A stretch of 64,000 nt of DNA from Actinomycetes bacterium (GTDB taxonomy: Bacteria > Actinomycetota > Acidimicrobiia > Spongiisociales > UBA5794). The stretch covers positions 969 to 64,968 of the forward strand of contig JAHEJX010000213.1 of the NCBI GenBank assembly GCA_024638645.1, in the 5' to 3' direction. Under the pieces are notes generated by a model. The model did not search any database and was not told the DNA's origin. It saw only the letters and a list, made by a program, of their open reading frames with translations. Both the position numbers and the translations under genes were made by a program. Of this stretch, positions 29,465-39,923 are shown one piece after another. Position 1 is the stretch's first letter; the number at the start of each line of letters is the position of its first letter.

Positions 29465-30094
29465 ATGCCCATCTGTGTCTGCTGCGGCGCGGTGACTGAA
29501 CCTCCGTTGTGCCTCGACTGCCGTAACAAAATGCATCCCGGTGGTTCCTTTGTAGTGGCGTCTGTTGCCGGCCGGTTCGCATTGCATCACTCCGGGACGG
29601 GCCGCCGGCTGGTTCATCAGCTGAAATACCGAGGTGTGGTCGGCGCCGCAGACGTGTTGGCAAATCTGATGGAGCCACTCTTGCCGCAATGGGCCACCGC
29701 AGTCGTGCCTGTGCCGAGGGCGTTTGTTCGCCGGATCGTCCACGGCGTCGATCCGAGCGTCGAACTCGCTCGAAGAGTTGCTCGCAGGCGAGGTATCCCC
29801 CTGGTCCCTGCCCTTGCTCCTGCGCTCTGGTGGCCCCGCCATGCCGGTCGAGATAAGGGCAAGCGTCGGTTGGCTCGCTTCCATGGTGGCCAATTGCCAG
29901 AAGGCGCCGTCCTGATCGACGATGTGGTTACCTCGGGAGCCACGCTACGCGGTGCGCTAGATGCCCTTGGCAACCCACGCCCAGGGCACATTTCCTCTGT
30001 AGTCGTAGCGACATCGCCGGGTATGATCGATGCATCGAAGGCGCCAATCGCCTCGGGGAGGCCGCGTGTCGGCAAGGACGTACGGCAGAGCTAG
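29465..30094 (+). CDS. ComF/phosphoribosyltransferase-family protein
   Basis: N-terminal Cys4 zinc finger (CVCCG....CLDC) plus a C-terminal PRTase motif (VLIDDVVTSGAT). It is the canonical upstream neighbour of hpf. Confidence 0.7.
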   Translation: MPICVCCGAVTEPPLCLDCRNKMHPGGSFVVASVAGRFALHHSGTGRRLVHQLKYRGVVGAADVLANLMEPLLPQWATAVVPVPRAFVRRIVHGVDPSVELARRVARRRGIPLVPALAPALWWPRHAGRDKGKRRLARFHGGQLPEGAVLIDDVVTSGATLRGALDALGNPRPGHISSVVVATSPGMIDASKAPIASGRPRVGKDVRQS

Positions 30095-30204
30095 GTCGAG
30101 AATCGGCCGGGCCGAGCTGTGCGAAAACTCCGGAGTCGTTTGGCGCTCTTTCGCGAGTTGGTATCGCCACATTGCGGTGCCGCAGAAGCCGGAAGGAGCC
30201 ACAA

Positions 30205-30753
30205 GTGGACGTACGTGTGCACGGTCGGAACATGAGTGTTTCGGCAGACCTGCAGGAGCTGGCAGACGATCGAGTCCGACACGCCGGACGCATCCTGGAG
30301 GACGGGGTCGCTGCAGACGTGGAGTTCTCCGAGCGGCGCAATCCGCGACAGGGCGACAACCGCTATCGCGTCGAAATAACCAGCCACACCGCAGGCCACA
30401 CTGTACGCGTCCAGGGCGAGGGACCAGACGACAGAACGGCTCTAGACAGGGCTCTCAACAAGTTCGAGAACCAGCTCAGAAGGCTCAAAGACCGCCTGGT
30501 TCACAGGTCACGTCCGCGTTCGAACAAAACCCTCAATGAAGGTCTAGATACCTCCGATGAAAGCCACAGCGGTGACTTCGAGATAGTTCGAACGAAGCGT
30601 TTTGAAATGCGGCCGATGACGCCAGAGGAGGCGGCGCTACAGATGGAGATGATTGGACACTCGTTCTTCTTCTTCCTTGACGCTGACAGCGGCAAGCACT
30701 GCGTTCTGTATCACCGTGACGATGGCTCCCTAGGACTCATAGAACCCCAATGA
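30205..30753 (+). CDS. hpf: Ribosome hibernation-promoting factor (long HPF). GTG start 6 nt after GGAAGGAG.
   Basis: N-terminal YfiA/RaiA fold (V.V.GRN..V...L.E....) and a C-terminal dimerisation domain. Confidence 0.85.
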   Translation: MDVRVHGRNMSVSADLQELADDRVRHAGRILEDGVAADVEFSERRNPRQGDNRYRVEITSHTAGHTVRVQGEGPDDRTALDRALNKFENQLRRLKDRLVHRSRPRSNKTLNEGLDTSDESHSGDFEIVRTKRFEMRPMTPEEAALQMEMIGHSFFFFLDADSGKHCVLYHRDDGSLGLIEPQ

Positions 30754-31400
30754 CAAGACTGCTTGTAGTTGACGATGTGCCTCTCTTCCGGGCCGGATTG
30801 ACCTCGGCGCTGCGCGATGCCGGGTTCGATGTGGTCGGCGAAGCCGAAACAGCCGAAGGTGCCGTCGCCGAGGCGGAGAGCCTCCAGCCCGATATCGTTT
30901 TGCTCGATGTCCTCATGCCGGGTCTTTCCGGCCTCGAGGTCGTTGAGAAGCTCACCGCGGTGTCTCCGAATTCCAACGTGATCCTGCTCACTGGAAGCGA
31001 GTCCGAAGAAGACTTGCTTGCCGCCATCAAGGCAGGCGCCCGTGGCTACATCGTCAAAGACATGCCCTTCCCTCAGTTGGTCGAATCGATCTCGGCAACC
31101 ACCAAGGGCGGCGCAGTCGTCTCGAGCCAAATGGCGGGCAAGCTGTTCGACGTGACTCGGCAACTGCTGCGTCACCAGGAGCTCCTGGCAGCCCGCAAGC
31201 CGACCCTCACCGGCCGCGAGATCGAGGTTCTCCAGCTTGTTGCCAGAGGGATGACAAGCAGGTCGATCGGTGAGGAACTGTTCATCTCCGAAAACACGGT
31301 GAAGAACCACATCCGCAACATCCTCGACAAACTCGGCCTCCACTCTCGAAACGAAGCGGTTCTCTACGCCGTTCGGGAGAATCTGATTTCGATCGGCTGA
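30750..31400 (+). CDS. NarL/FixJ(LuxR)-family response regulator, orphan, translationally coupled to hpf
   Basis: REC domain with D-D-...-D56-like (VLLDVLMP) and a C-terminal LuxR HTH. ATGA overlap with hpf. Confidence 0.85.
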   Translation: MTRLLVVDDVPLFRAGLTSALRDAGFDVVGEAETAEGAVAEAESLQPDIVLLDVLMPGLSGLEVVEKLTAVSPNSNVILLTGSESEEDLLAAIKAGARGYIVKDMPFPQLVESISATTKGGAVVSSQMAGKLFDVTRQLLRHQELLAARKPTLTGREIEVLQLVARGMTSRSIGEELFISENTVKNHIRNILDKLGLHSRNEAVLYAVRENLISIG

Positions 31401-31404
31401 GGTC

Positions 31405-33366
31405 ATGAGCCGCGACGGCGCCTCGGACTCTGCCGCGGAAAAGGCACTCGCTCTCGTCGAGGCCGTTGGCACCGCGTGGACGACGTTCTCCCTATACCCC
31501 GACCCTTCTCAGCAGCCTGCATTCACTAGAGCCGTTGTTGCCCTCGCCGATCCACTGACCCCGCCTCTGGTGGTCGGGGTGGGGCCTGGCCGGTTCATAC
31601 TCGGCGAAGAGGAGCTGCAGTTGCGGCGTGAAGGCGCAGAGCGCCTGGCCCGCGAGCTCTTCCTGCATGACGTGGAGAACATCCGCTTCGTCGGGGGAGC
31701 CACGCTCGACGGTCTCCTCGGCTTCTTCAGGGCAATTGCGCTCGATGACGACCACGTTCGCGAGCGCGGTGGCATCCGCTCCATCATCCGCGAGGTGCCT
31801 GCGACGGGAATCCAGGTGCTCCAGCGTGGCCTGCTCGTGCTCACAGATGACGGCAGCGGACGACCGGCCCACATACTGACCGAGCACATGTCGCCTGCTG
31901 CGGCAGCCGCGTCGCACGGCGCCGACCCGGATGAGATTGCATCCATCCTCATGTCGGGAGACGGCCCCGACTTTTCTCCAGAGCAGTACTTCGCAGGGTT
32001 GTGGGGCCTGCACGAGCAAGCCAGTCCGCTCGCGGACGAGGCGTTCGTTCCAGGCACGATCATTCGGGAAGGCGACAACGATCCTTGGCGGGAGTTCCGG
32101 AGCTTCCTCGAGTCGTTCTTCTTCCTGCCCCGTGACCTTCAGCTCGGTGTCCTCGAGGCGGTCCTCGAGGACTCGACCGACGAGAATCACCGCCTCTTCC
32201 TCGACCAGTTGACGCAGACCGAGTTGGCAGGGTTTCTTCCGGACCTGACCAGTCAAAGCGCCACATCGTTGAAGAGCTACGCGCACCAGGTCGCCGAAGA
32301 GACGGGCCGGCCGGTATCGAACGCCTACGGAATGGTCGACGAGGACATGTTGCCGACGCAACAGGCAGTCTCAGCGCGAATCGCAGAGGTGTTGTCGACC
32401 GTCGATCGTGATCGTGCCGGACACGAAGAGTTGCTCGCAGCCCTTCGTGACGAGATGACTGCGGCGCTCGATGGCGAAGAGCTCGCCGGTTCCGTGCTGC
32501 GCGGGCTGTTCGAATGTGAGTACCGCGACGATCGGTTTGCCAGGGTTGTTCGGGTGTGGACCGGGAGAATCACTCGCCACCTGCGCACCGGCGACCTCGA
32601 TGCAGCGCAGCGCCTCTTAGACAAGGTGCTCGTCGATCCGGCCTTTCCCACGGCGCGAAAACGGCAGGTTCGCGAGGGCCTCGACAAGTTGGGCCGGCCC
32701 GACGTGCTCCGCTTCGTACTCGATGCAGAAGATGGCGAAGAGCTCTCCGATGGAGCAAGCCAGTTCCTGGGCACCATTGGCACGTCGGCGACTGATGCAT
32801 TGGTTGCGATGCTCGCCGACGCCGATGACCAGAAGTCGAGGCGAAGCATCACAGCGTTGCTGGTCCCCGCCGTCAGCGAGGATCCACTCTGTCTCGACAA
32901 CTACCTGCTCGACGATCGTTGGTACCTGTTGCGCAACTTGGCAACCGTGCTCGGCCGAACTGGCAAACAGACGGCCGTGGCCGGCGTGCGGCGGTTGCTG
33001 CGCCACGAGGACCAGAGGGTCAGAGCGGAAGCCCTTCGCTCACTCATTCGTCTCCAGCGCGACGAGGCCGCGCCGACGGTGCTGCGGCTTCTGTCGGATC
33101 CGCACGCCATCATGCGCGACGCGGCGGCCTCATTGGCCAAGACGTTCGACTCGTCCGGCTTCGAGACGTCGCTGATCCGGGAGTTCGAGTCGTCGAAGCA
33201 TCCGCAAGAGGTGCAGATGGCAATAGTCGATGTGCTCGGTGGCCGCGAAACGCCTGCTTCGCAGGAGGCTGTCAGGCGCATTGCGCATAGGAAGCTCGTC
33301 TTCCGCAAGCGTGATCGAGAGCTACGTGCTTATGCGCGCGAAATCATCTCCAAGGTGGCGGCATGA
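31405..33366 (+). CDS. HEAT/PBS-lyase-repeat protein whose N-terminal domain is shared with the downstream HD-GYP protein
   Basis: C-terminal HEAT-like repeats (LL.D....VR..A...L). The N-terminal region aligns with residues 10-45 of the next protein. Confidence 0.5.
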   Translation: MSRDGASDSAAEKALALVEAVGTAWTTFSLYPDPSQQPAFTRAVVALADPLTPPLVVGVGPGRFILGEEELQLRREGAERLARELFLHDVENIRFVGGATLDGLLGFFRAIALDDDHVRERGGIRSIIREVPATGIQVLQRGLLVLTDDGSGRPAHILTEHMSPAAAAASHGADPDEIASILMSGDGPDFSPEQYFAGLWGLHEQASPLADEAFVPGTIIREGDNDPWREFRSFLESFFFLPRDLQLGVLEAVLEDSTDENHRLFLDQLTQTELAGFLPDLTSQSATSLKSYAHQVAEETGRPVSNAYGMVDEDMLPTQQAVSARIAEVLSTVDRDRAGHEELLAALRDEMTAALDGEELAGSVLRGLFECEYRDDRFARVVRVWTGRITRHLRTGDLDAAQRLLDKVLVDPAFPTARKRQVREGLDKLGRPDVLRFVLDAEDGEELSDGASQFLGTIGTSATDALVAMLADADDQKSRRSITALLVPAVSEDPLCLDNYLLDDRWYLLRNLATVLGRTGKQTAVAGVRRLLRHEDQRVRAEALRSLIRLQRDEAAPTVLRLLSDPHAIMRDAAASLAKTFDSSGFETSLIREFESSKHPQEVQMAIVDVLGGRETPASQEAVRRIAHRKLVFRKRDRELRAYAREIISKVAA

Positions 33367-34694
33367 GCGAACGCCAGACCGGAGCGTGGATAAAGGCGCT
33401 GCGCCGTCTGGTGCGCCAGGTCGGCCTGTATCCAACGGGCCATCCACTCACTATGGAAGCCCTCCTGGCCCTCCGCACTGCCACGGACGATGTGGTGCCA
33501 GAAGGTGGCCAGGTCGTCGTTTCGGCAATGGACAATGCCTTCTTTCACAACAGGACGATTCTTCCCCATGTATCCCTCGAGTATCACTCGTTCATCGGCG
33601 AGCTCGAGGAGCGCGGTGTCGAGTCGATGACGGCAGTGCACCCGGTCACGGATCAGGACCTGCTCGACGTTGCCGCCTTCTTGGCGAACGCGTCCGCAGA
33701 CTTTCCCGCAGATGGATCGATCCTTCTCAATGAGCGCTACCTGACGCCCGAGGACCTCGAGGCGACGCCAACGAGTGAGCTGCGACGCTCCTATGTCTCC
33801 AGCCTCGATGCTCTAAGGGGAGTCACCGGCGCAATGCGGGCGGACGGGAAGTTCGAAATGGCTCCGGTAGTACAAGCGGTCGAGGGTTTGTTCGAACAAT
33901 CGATGACCCAATCGAGCGCCAGCTTGTTGCTTTCGACGGTCAAGAGCCACGACGAATACACCTACTACCACTCAGTCAACGCGTGCATTCTGGCGCTCGC
34001 CATTGGGCGAATGATCGGCATCGAACGCGAGCACCTCATCCCGATAGGCGTTGGCGCCGTGCTCCACGACATCGGCAAGACGGCGGTGCCGACGGCGACC
34101 CTCAACTATCCGGGCCGCCTCAACGATGACCAGTGGAAGGAAATCACAGTCCATCCCCAGGAGGGAGCTCTTGCGATTCTCGCCGCAGGCGGCCCCGGAC
34201 ACGAGATCTCGGCCACGGTCGCATTCGAGCACCATGCCCGGTTTGATGGCTCCGGTTATCCGGGCATTCATCGCGAGAAGCGCCCTCACGTGTACAGCAG
34301 GGCCGTGGCTGTGGCCGACACGTACGACGCGATTACGACGCGACGCTCTTATCGCCGCGCCGAGACCCCGAACCATGCGCTCAACGCGCTACTGATGGGA
34401 GCCGGTAGCGGCTACGACCCCGATCTCGTGCGCACGTTCATCGACATGATGGGCATCTATCCGCCTGGCTCGATTCTGGAGTACGAGAACGGCGTTGCTG
34501 TAGTCGTGAGTCGATCGAGCGAGCCGGGCGGTCCCCTCGACACGCTGTTGGTGCGCGACACGCAGGGCAACGACATCGACCCGGAGCCATACGCGCTGCA
34601 CCCGGACGACGTCAGGGGCCAGTTGCTGGCTCAGGACAGTGGCATCGACCCTGCGGCACTGCTCGAGAGCATGGATCAAGCGCCGGTCGGCTGA
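33363..34694 (+). CDS. HD-GYP domain c-di-GMP phosphodiesterase-like protein with an uncharacterised N-terminal domain
   Basis: HD motif (LHDIGK), HHARFDGSGYPG (HD-GYP signature). ATGA overlap with the upstream gene. Confidence 0.8.
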   Translation: MSERQTGAWIKALRRLVRQVGLYPTGHPLTMEALLALRTATDDVVPEGGQVVVSAMDNAFFHNRTILPHVSLEYHSFIGELEERGVESMTAVHPVTDQDLLDVAAFLANASADFPADGSILLNERYLTPEDLEATPTSELRRSYVSSLDALRGVTGAMRADGKFEMAPVVQAVEGLFEQSMTQSSASLLLSTVKSHDEYTYYHSVNACILALAIGRMIGIEREHLIPIGVGAVLHDIGKTAVPTATLNYPGRLNDDQWKEITVHPQEGALAILAAGGPGHEISATVAFEHHARFDGSGYPGIHREKRPHVYSRAVAVADTYDAITTRRSYRRAETPNHALNALLMGAGSGYDPDLVRTFIDMMGIYPPGSILEYENGVAVVVSRSSEPGGPLDTLLVRDTQGNDIDPEPYALHPDDVRGQLLAQDSGIDPAALLESMDQAPVG

Positions 34695-34782
34695 ACTGCG
34701 CACCTACCGGATTCGGGATACCGAATATCGGATACCAATCTGCGACCTATAACTCCCAACCCACAGATAAGATATCCCCCAT

Positions 34783-37428
34783 ATGTCAGTCTTCAGCAAA
34801 GTCCTCCGTGCTGGTGAGGGTAAGGCGCTGAAGGAACTCGAAGCGCTAGCTCAGCGCGTCAATGCTCTGGAACCGGAGATTGAAGCCTTGAGCGACGACG
34901 AGCTCCGCGCCAAAACGACCGAATTTCGCCAGCGAATCGAAAATGGTGCCACTCTGGACGATGTCCTCGAGGAGGCTTTTGCGGTCGTGCGCGAGGCTTC
35001 ACGCCGGGTCCTCGGCCAGCGTCACTACGACGTGCAGGTGGTTGGCGCCGGCGCGCTCCATCGCGGCATGATCGCCGAGCAACGCACCGGAGAGGGCAAG
35101 ACCCTCGTCTCGACGATGCCCGCGTACCTCAATGCTCTCGGCGGCGGCGGCGTCCACATGGTCACCACGAACGACTACCTCGCCAGTCGTGACGCCGACT
35201 GGATGGGCAGCATCCACCGTTTCCTCGGCCTGACGGTCGGCCTGATCCAATCGGAAATGACGCCGGAGGAACGGCGCCCCGCCTACGCGTCGGACATCAC
35301 GTATGGCACCAACAACGAGTTCGGCTTCGACTATCTACGCGACAACATGTCGATGCACCCCGAGCTCCAAGTGCAGCGCGGCCATGCCTACGCGATCGTC
35401 GACGAGGTCGACTCGATCCTCGTCGACGAGGCCCGGACTCCATTGATCATTTCCGGTCGAGTGGGTGAGACCGGCAAGTGGTATCGCGACTTCGCTCGTA
35501 TCGCCAATACGTTGCGTGCCGATCAGCACTACGAGGTTGACGAGAAGAAGCGCCAAGTCATCACGACGGAGGATGGTGTACACCGGGTGGAGCAGATCCT
35601 CGGCGTCGAGAATCTGTACGACTTCTCGAACGTCGACCTCATTCACCACCTCGATGTTGCGCTGAAGGCCAAGGAGCTATACGAGCGCGATGTCGACTAC
35701 CTCGTCAAGGGGGGCGAGGTGAAGATCGTCGATGAGTTCACCGGCCGCGTCCTCGAAGGTCGTAGGTATTCGGAGGGCCTCCATCAGGCAATCGAGGCCA
35801 AAGAGGGCGTCAAGATCAAGGAAGAGAACCAGACCCTCGCCACGATCACTCTGCAGAACTATTTCCGCCTCTACGACAAGCTCGCCGGTATGACCGGTAC
35901 AGCCAAAACAGAGGCCGGGGAGTTCAAAGAGATCTACGGCCTTGAAGTCGTCGTGATTCCGACCAACAAGCCGATTGCCCGTGCCGACCAACCCGACCTC
36001 GTATACGTCAATGAGGACGCCAAGTTCGACGCAATCCTCGAAGATATCCTCGAGCGAAACGGATACGGGCAGCCGGTGCTGGTCGGCACCGTATCGATCG
36101 AGAAGTCCGAACGACTTTCCCAACACCTCCGCAAAAACGGTGTCCACCACGAAGTTCTCAACGCCAAGCAGCACGCACGAGAGGCGCCGATCATTGCCCA
36201 GGCAGGGAAGTTCCGAGCTGTGACCGTTGCCACCAACATGGCCGGACGCGGTGTGGACATCCAGCTTGGCGGTAACCCCGAACAGCTCGCACTTGCCGAG
36301 CTGGCGAAGAAGGACTTCGACCGCGATTCGGACGAATACCGGGATGAGTACGCAGCGGCGTTGGCACGGCACGAGGCCGAGACAGAGGTTGAGCGCACCA
36401 AGGTGCTCGAACTCGGCGGTTTGTATGTTCTCGCTACGGAACGCCACGAATCGCGCCGCATCGACAACCAGTTGCGAGGCCGTTCCGGGCGCCAAGGCGA
36501 TCCGGGTGAGTCCCGGTTCTATCTCTCGCTCGAAGACGACCTGATGCGCAGGTTTGCGAACGAGAAGGTCGCCTCGATCATGTCGCGACTCAAGATTCCA
36601 GAAGACGTTCCCATCGAGCACAAGATGGTTACCAAGGCCATCGAGCGAGCTCAGAACCAAGTCGAGTCACAGAACTTCGAGATTCGCAAGAACGTCTTGA
36701 AGTACGACGAGGTGATGGATACCCAGCGCAAGATCATCTACAAGTGGCGCGACACCGTCCTCACCGGAGAGAACACGGACGCCCTGGTCGCCGACTGGCG
36801 AGAAGACGTCGTCGAAGACCAGGTCTTGCAGATGACTGCGAATCTCGATCCATCCGAATGGGATTGGGACGAGTTCGAGACCCGGATGAACGCGCTGTAT
36901 CCGACCGCATTGACCAAGGCGAGCTTTGCCAATCCGGAGGATCTGCAGGCTGCCGAGGTGGTCGAGGCGTATCGCCGGGAAGCGGATGAGGTCTACGAAA
37001 GACGCGAAGTCGAGCTCGGCGTCGACGTTATGCGCCGGCTCGAACGTACGGTCATGCTCTCCATCATCGACAACAAGTGGCGAGAGCACCTCGCCGAGAT
37101 GGACTATTTGCGTTCCGGCATCGGCCTGCGTGCCATGGGTCAGCGCGATCCGCTCGTCGAGTACCAGCGAGAGGGCTTCAGCCTCTTCGAAGAGGTTGTC
37201 GAGACGACCAAGTACGACGCGCTTCGCTACCTATATCACGTCGAAGTTGTGAAACAGCAACAGCCGCAACGGCCGAAGCAGATCGTCACGAACGCTCCGA
37301 CATCCAAGGGTGGCAAGACTGTCCGCAACAAGGGCAAGGTGGGCCGCAACGAAGCCTGCCCCTGCGGTTCCGGCAAGAAGTACAAGCACTGTCACGGCAA
37401 GCCCGGAGCCGAGCCCCTCACTGCGTGA
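34783..37428 (+). CDS. secA: Preprotein translocase ATPase SecA
   Basis: DEAD-like motor motifs and a C-terminal zinc-binding [14 protein letters not shown]; 881 aa. Confidence 0.95.
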   Translation: MSVFSKVLRAGEGKALKELEALAQRVNALEPEIEALSDDELRAKTTEFRQRIENGATLDDVLEEAFAVVREASRRVLGQRHYDVQVVGAGALHRGMIAEQRTGEGKTLVSTMPAYLNALGGGGVHMVTTNDYLASRDADWMGSIHRFLGLTVGLIQSEMTPEERRPAYASDITYGTNNEFGFDYLRDNMSMHPELQVQRGHAYAIVDEVDSILVDEARTPLIISGRVGETGKWYRDFARIANTLRADQHYEVDEKKRQVITTEDGVHRVEQILGVENLYDFSNVDLIHHLDVALKAKELYERDVDYLVKGGEVKIVDEFTGRVLEGRRYSEGLHQAIEAKEGVKIKEENQTLATITLQNYFRLYDKLAGMTGTAKTEAGEFKEIYGLEVVVIPTNKPIARADQPDLVYVNEDAKFDAILEDILERNGYGQPVLVGTVSIEKSERLSQHLRKNGVHHEVLNAKQHAREAPIIAQAGKFRAVTVATNMAGRGVDIQLGGNPEQLALAELAKKDFDRDSDEYRDEYAAALARHEAETEVERTKVLELGGLYVLATERHESRRIDNQLRGRSGRQGDPGESRFYLSLEDDLMRRFANEKVASIMSRLKIPEDVPIEHKMVTKAIERAQNQVESQNFEIRKNVLKYDEVMDTQRKIIYKWRDTVLTGENTDALVADWREDVVEDQVLQMTANLDPSEWDWDEFETRMNALYPTALTKASFANPEDLQAAEVVEAYRREADEVYERREVELGVDVMRRLERTVMLSIIDNKWREHLAEMDYLRSGIGLRAMGQRDPLVEYQREGFSLFEEVVETTKYDALRYLYHVEVVKQQQPQRPKQIVTNAPTSKGGKTVRNKGKVGRNEACPCGSGKKYKHCHGKPGAEPLTA

Positions 37429-37451
37429 GGCGGTCGACTCTACTGGAGTAC

Positions 37452-37491
37452 CCGGTATTCAGTAGTCGGCTCCCGCCGAATACTGAATACC
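37452..37491. repeat. REP-like hairpin: 12-bp perfect inverted repeat cggtattcagta / tactgaataccg with a 16-nt spacer, immediately 3' of secA
   Basis: Read directly. It belongs to a dispersed motif family (see findings). Confidence 0.6.
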
Positions 37492-37531
37492 GACTGCCGA
37501 ATACCCAACCGGCCTCTGGTACTTTCCTTCT

Positions 37532-38428
37532 ATGACTTTTCGCCAGGTTCCATCTGAGCAGTGGAACAGAGCTAACGAGGTCGACGCCGTCTCCGCGCGG
37601 CTCCAGCAGCTCTCGTCTGATGATGTCGAGAGAATCTTGGAGCGGGCGATTGCGCTCGAGATGGAGGCCACCGACCCGGGACGAAACGCACTCGATGCCG
37701 ACGCGCTCGGACGTATTGCAGACGAGCTGGGAATCGAGCGGCAGCATCTGCAGAAGGCGATGGCCGAGGAGCTTGTGCGCATCGAGGAGGAGGATCCCGG
37801 CTTCCTCTCCCGCAACCTCATGCCGAAGTCGATTGCGGAGAGCCGGACCGTTGCCGCGGCTCCCGATCGGGTGAGGGCCGTACTCGACTATTGGCTCAGC
37901 ACCCAGGAGGGGCTGCGCAAACACACTGGTGGACCACACGGGTCCACGTGGCACAGAGATGGAAGTCCGCTTGTCGCCATCAAGACGGCGCTCAACATGA
38001 CCCAAGGCGACGGGTCGTTGCGCTCGGCCCGCAGCGTCGCTGGGTCCATCAAGTCGCTTGGAGTGGGCAATCAGGTGGTGAGTGTGGAGGCAGACACATC
38101 CAACCTGCGCTCAATCGCCCTTGGGCTATTGGCAGGAAGTGTGGCCGTTGGTGCCGCGGCAGCAGGGATCTCGGCCGGATTGGACCCGGGTGGATTCGGC
38201 ATCGACAACATCCTGGCGGGCGTTGGCATCACCGCACTGGCCGGCACCGGAGTAGTTCTCGGCTTTCGAATGTGGGCCCAGAAACTGCGTCGCGGGGTCG
38301 CCCGGGTTGCAGACGCGGTCGCTCATCCACATCTGGTTCAGGCGGTCCAGTCGGTTCCGCAGCGCATCACCGGCATCATCAATCAGTTCAGGACAATCGG
38401 CGAAGAGATGCGGCGCCGGCGTTGGTGA
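37532..38428 (+). CDS. Hypothetical protein with a C-terminal Gly/Ala-rich hydrophobic segment
   Basis: ORF with coding-like composition. No recognised domain. Confidence 0.4.
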   Translation: MTFRQVPSEQWNRANEVDAVSARLQQLSSDDVERILERAIALEMEATDPGRNALDADALGRIADELGIERQHLQKAMAEELVRIEEEDPGFLSRNLMPKSIAESRTVAAAPDRVRAVLDYWLSTQEGLRKHTGGPHGSTWHRDGSPLVAIKTALNMTQGDGSLRSARSVAGSIKSLGVGNQVVSVEADTSNLRSIALGLLAGSVAVGAAAAGISAGLDPGGFGIDNILAGVGITALAGTGVVLGFRMWAQKLRRGVARVADAVAHPHLVQAVQSVPQRITGIINQFRTIGEEMRRRRW

Positions 38429-38461
38429 CCGATCCTCGGTAGCAGGCAGAGACCAGTTACC

Positions 38462-39586
38462 ATCCCGGCCTCATGAGCAGCTCCGATATCGATCCACGCG
38501 CATTGGCAGCCGAGCTGCGCGCCCGCCTCGACGACGCCCGGAGGTTCCTTTGACGTCGAAGGCAAAGAGGCAGAGCTAGACGAGCTCAAGGAGCAAGCTG
38601 CCGCCCCGGACTTGTGGGACGACCAGGACCGCGCCCTCGAGGTGACCCGCAAGCTTTCTCGTTTCGAGGCGACGATCAATCGTGTGGCAGGTTTAGATGC
38701 CCGCTTGGAAGACGCCGACGTCCTGTTCGAGCTGGCCTCCGAGGAGAAGGACGCGGACGTTGCCGCCGAGGTCGTCGACGAGTTGCGGACCCTGGAGGCC
38801 GAGATGGCGGTGCTGGAGCGGGAGAGTCTCTACTTCGGCGACTACGACGACCGCACCGCGATCCTCAGCATCAATGCCGGAGCCGGGGGAGTGGACGCCC
38901 AAGACTGGGCCGAGATGATGCTGAGGATGTACACGCGCTATCTGGAACGGGCCGGCTACACCTTTACGGTCGAGGATATTTCGCAGGGCGACGAGGCAGG
39001 AATCAAGTCAGCAACGCTGACGGTCAAGGGTGACTTCGCATACGGAAACCTCGAAGGCGAGCGTGGCGTCCACCGCCTGGTGCGGATCAGCCCATTCGAC
39101 TCCGCCGCCCGCCGCCACACCTCCTTTGCGGGAGTTGACGTCGTGCCCGAGGTGGAGACATCCGAGGTCGAGATCGACCCGGAGGATCTGCGTATCGACA
39201 CCTTCCGATCACAGGGGGCCGGCGGTCAGCACGTCAACACGTCTGACTCTGCCGTGCGTATCACCCACATTCCAACCGGCATTGTTGTGGCCTGCCAGAA
39301 CGAGCGGTCACAGCTCCAGAACAAGAACAGGGCAATGCAGATGCTGGCCTCCCGCCTCGCGGAGCATGCCAGGCTCGAGCAGCAGAAGGAGATCGACTCC
39401 ATTCGCGGAGAACAGAATGAGGCAGCTTGGGGGAGGCAGATTCGCTCATACGTCTTACAGCCGTACCAGATGATCAAGGATCTGCGGACCGACGCCGAGG
39501 TCGGCAACGTTCAGGCCGTTCTCGATGGCGACATCGACACCTTCGTCGAGGCCTATCTGCAATGGCGCAGGGCCAAGGCGGCGTAG
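38462..39586 (+). CDS. prfB: Peptide chain release factor 2, with a programmed +1 ribosomal frameshift: join(38462..38539,38541..39586)
   Basis: Frame-0 ORF MSSSDIDPRALAAELRARLDDARRFL ends at CTT TGA C. The +1 frame continues into the RF2 body with GGQ (GAGGQHVNTSDSAVR). An internal SD GGAGG lies 3 nt upstream of CTT. Confidence 0.9.
38529..38543 (+). promoter_or_regulatory. prfB autoregulatory frameshift cassette: GGAGG-ttc-CTT-TGA-C
   Basis: Same architecture as the E. coli prfB site AGGGGG-uau-CUU-UGA-C. Confidence 0.85.
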
Positions 39587-39923
39587 CTGCTTGAGTAGTC
39601 GGTGGTCAGTATTCGGTATTCGGCCAGACGCGTCCTCCTCCGAATGACGGCCGACTACTCACTACCGACTACTAACTACCGGCCTCTCCAATCCCTCAAC
39701 AGTGACTGTGGTTCCGATCGAGGAAGAGGGTTTCGTCTAAGCCACCATCTAGCGGATGGTTGACGGCGGCTTCGTCGGGTCGACGGGCCAGGCGCAGACT
39801 GCAGAGACGCCGGACTTTGTCGTAGATGCCAATGTGTACGCGATCCCGCCGGACTTCCTGCCCAGCAGCGCTACCGAAGTGACTTGCTAGGTACCTAATA
39901 CTTCGTACCTGATACTTGGTAAC

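Noticed and set aside
29312-29893. 194-aa N-terminal extension of the FtsH-like ORF
   Set aside because: It has no RBS and non-protein-like composition, and it overlaps the comF promoter region. The internal ATG 29311 has a near-perfect RBS and precedes the first TM helix.
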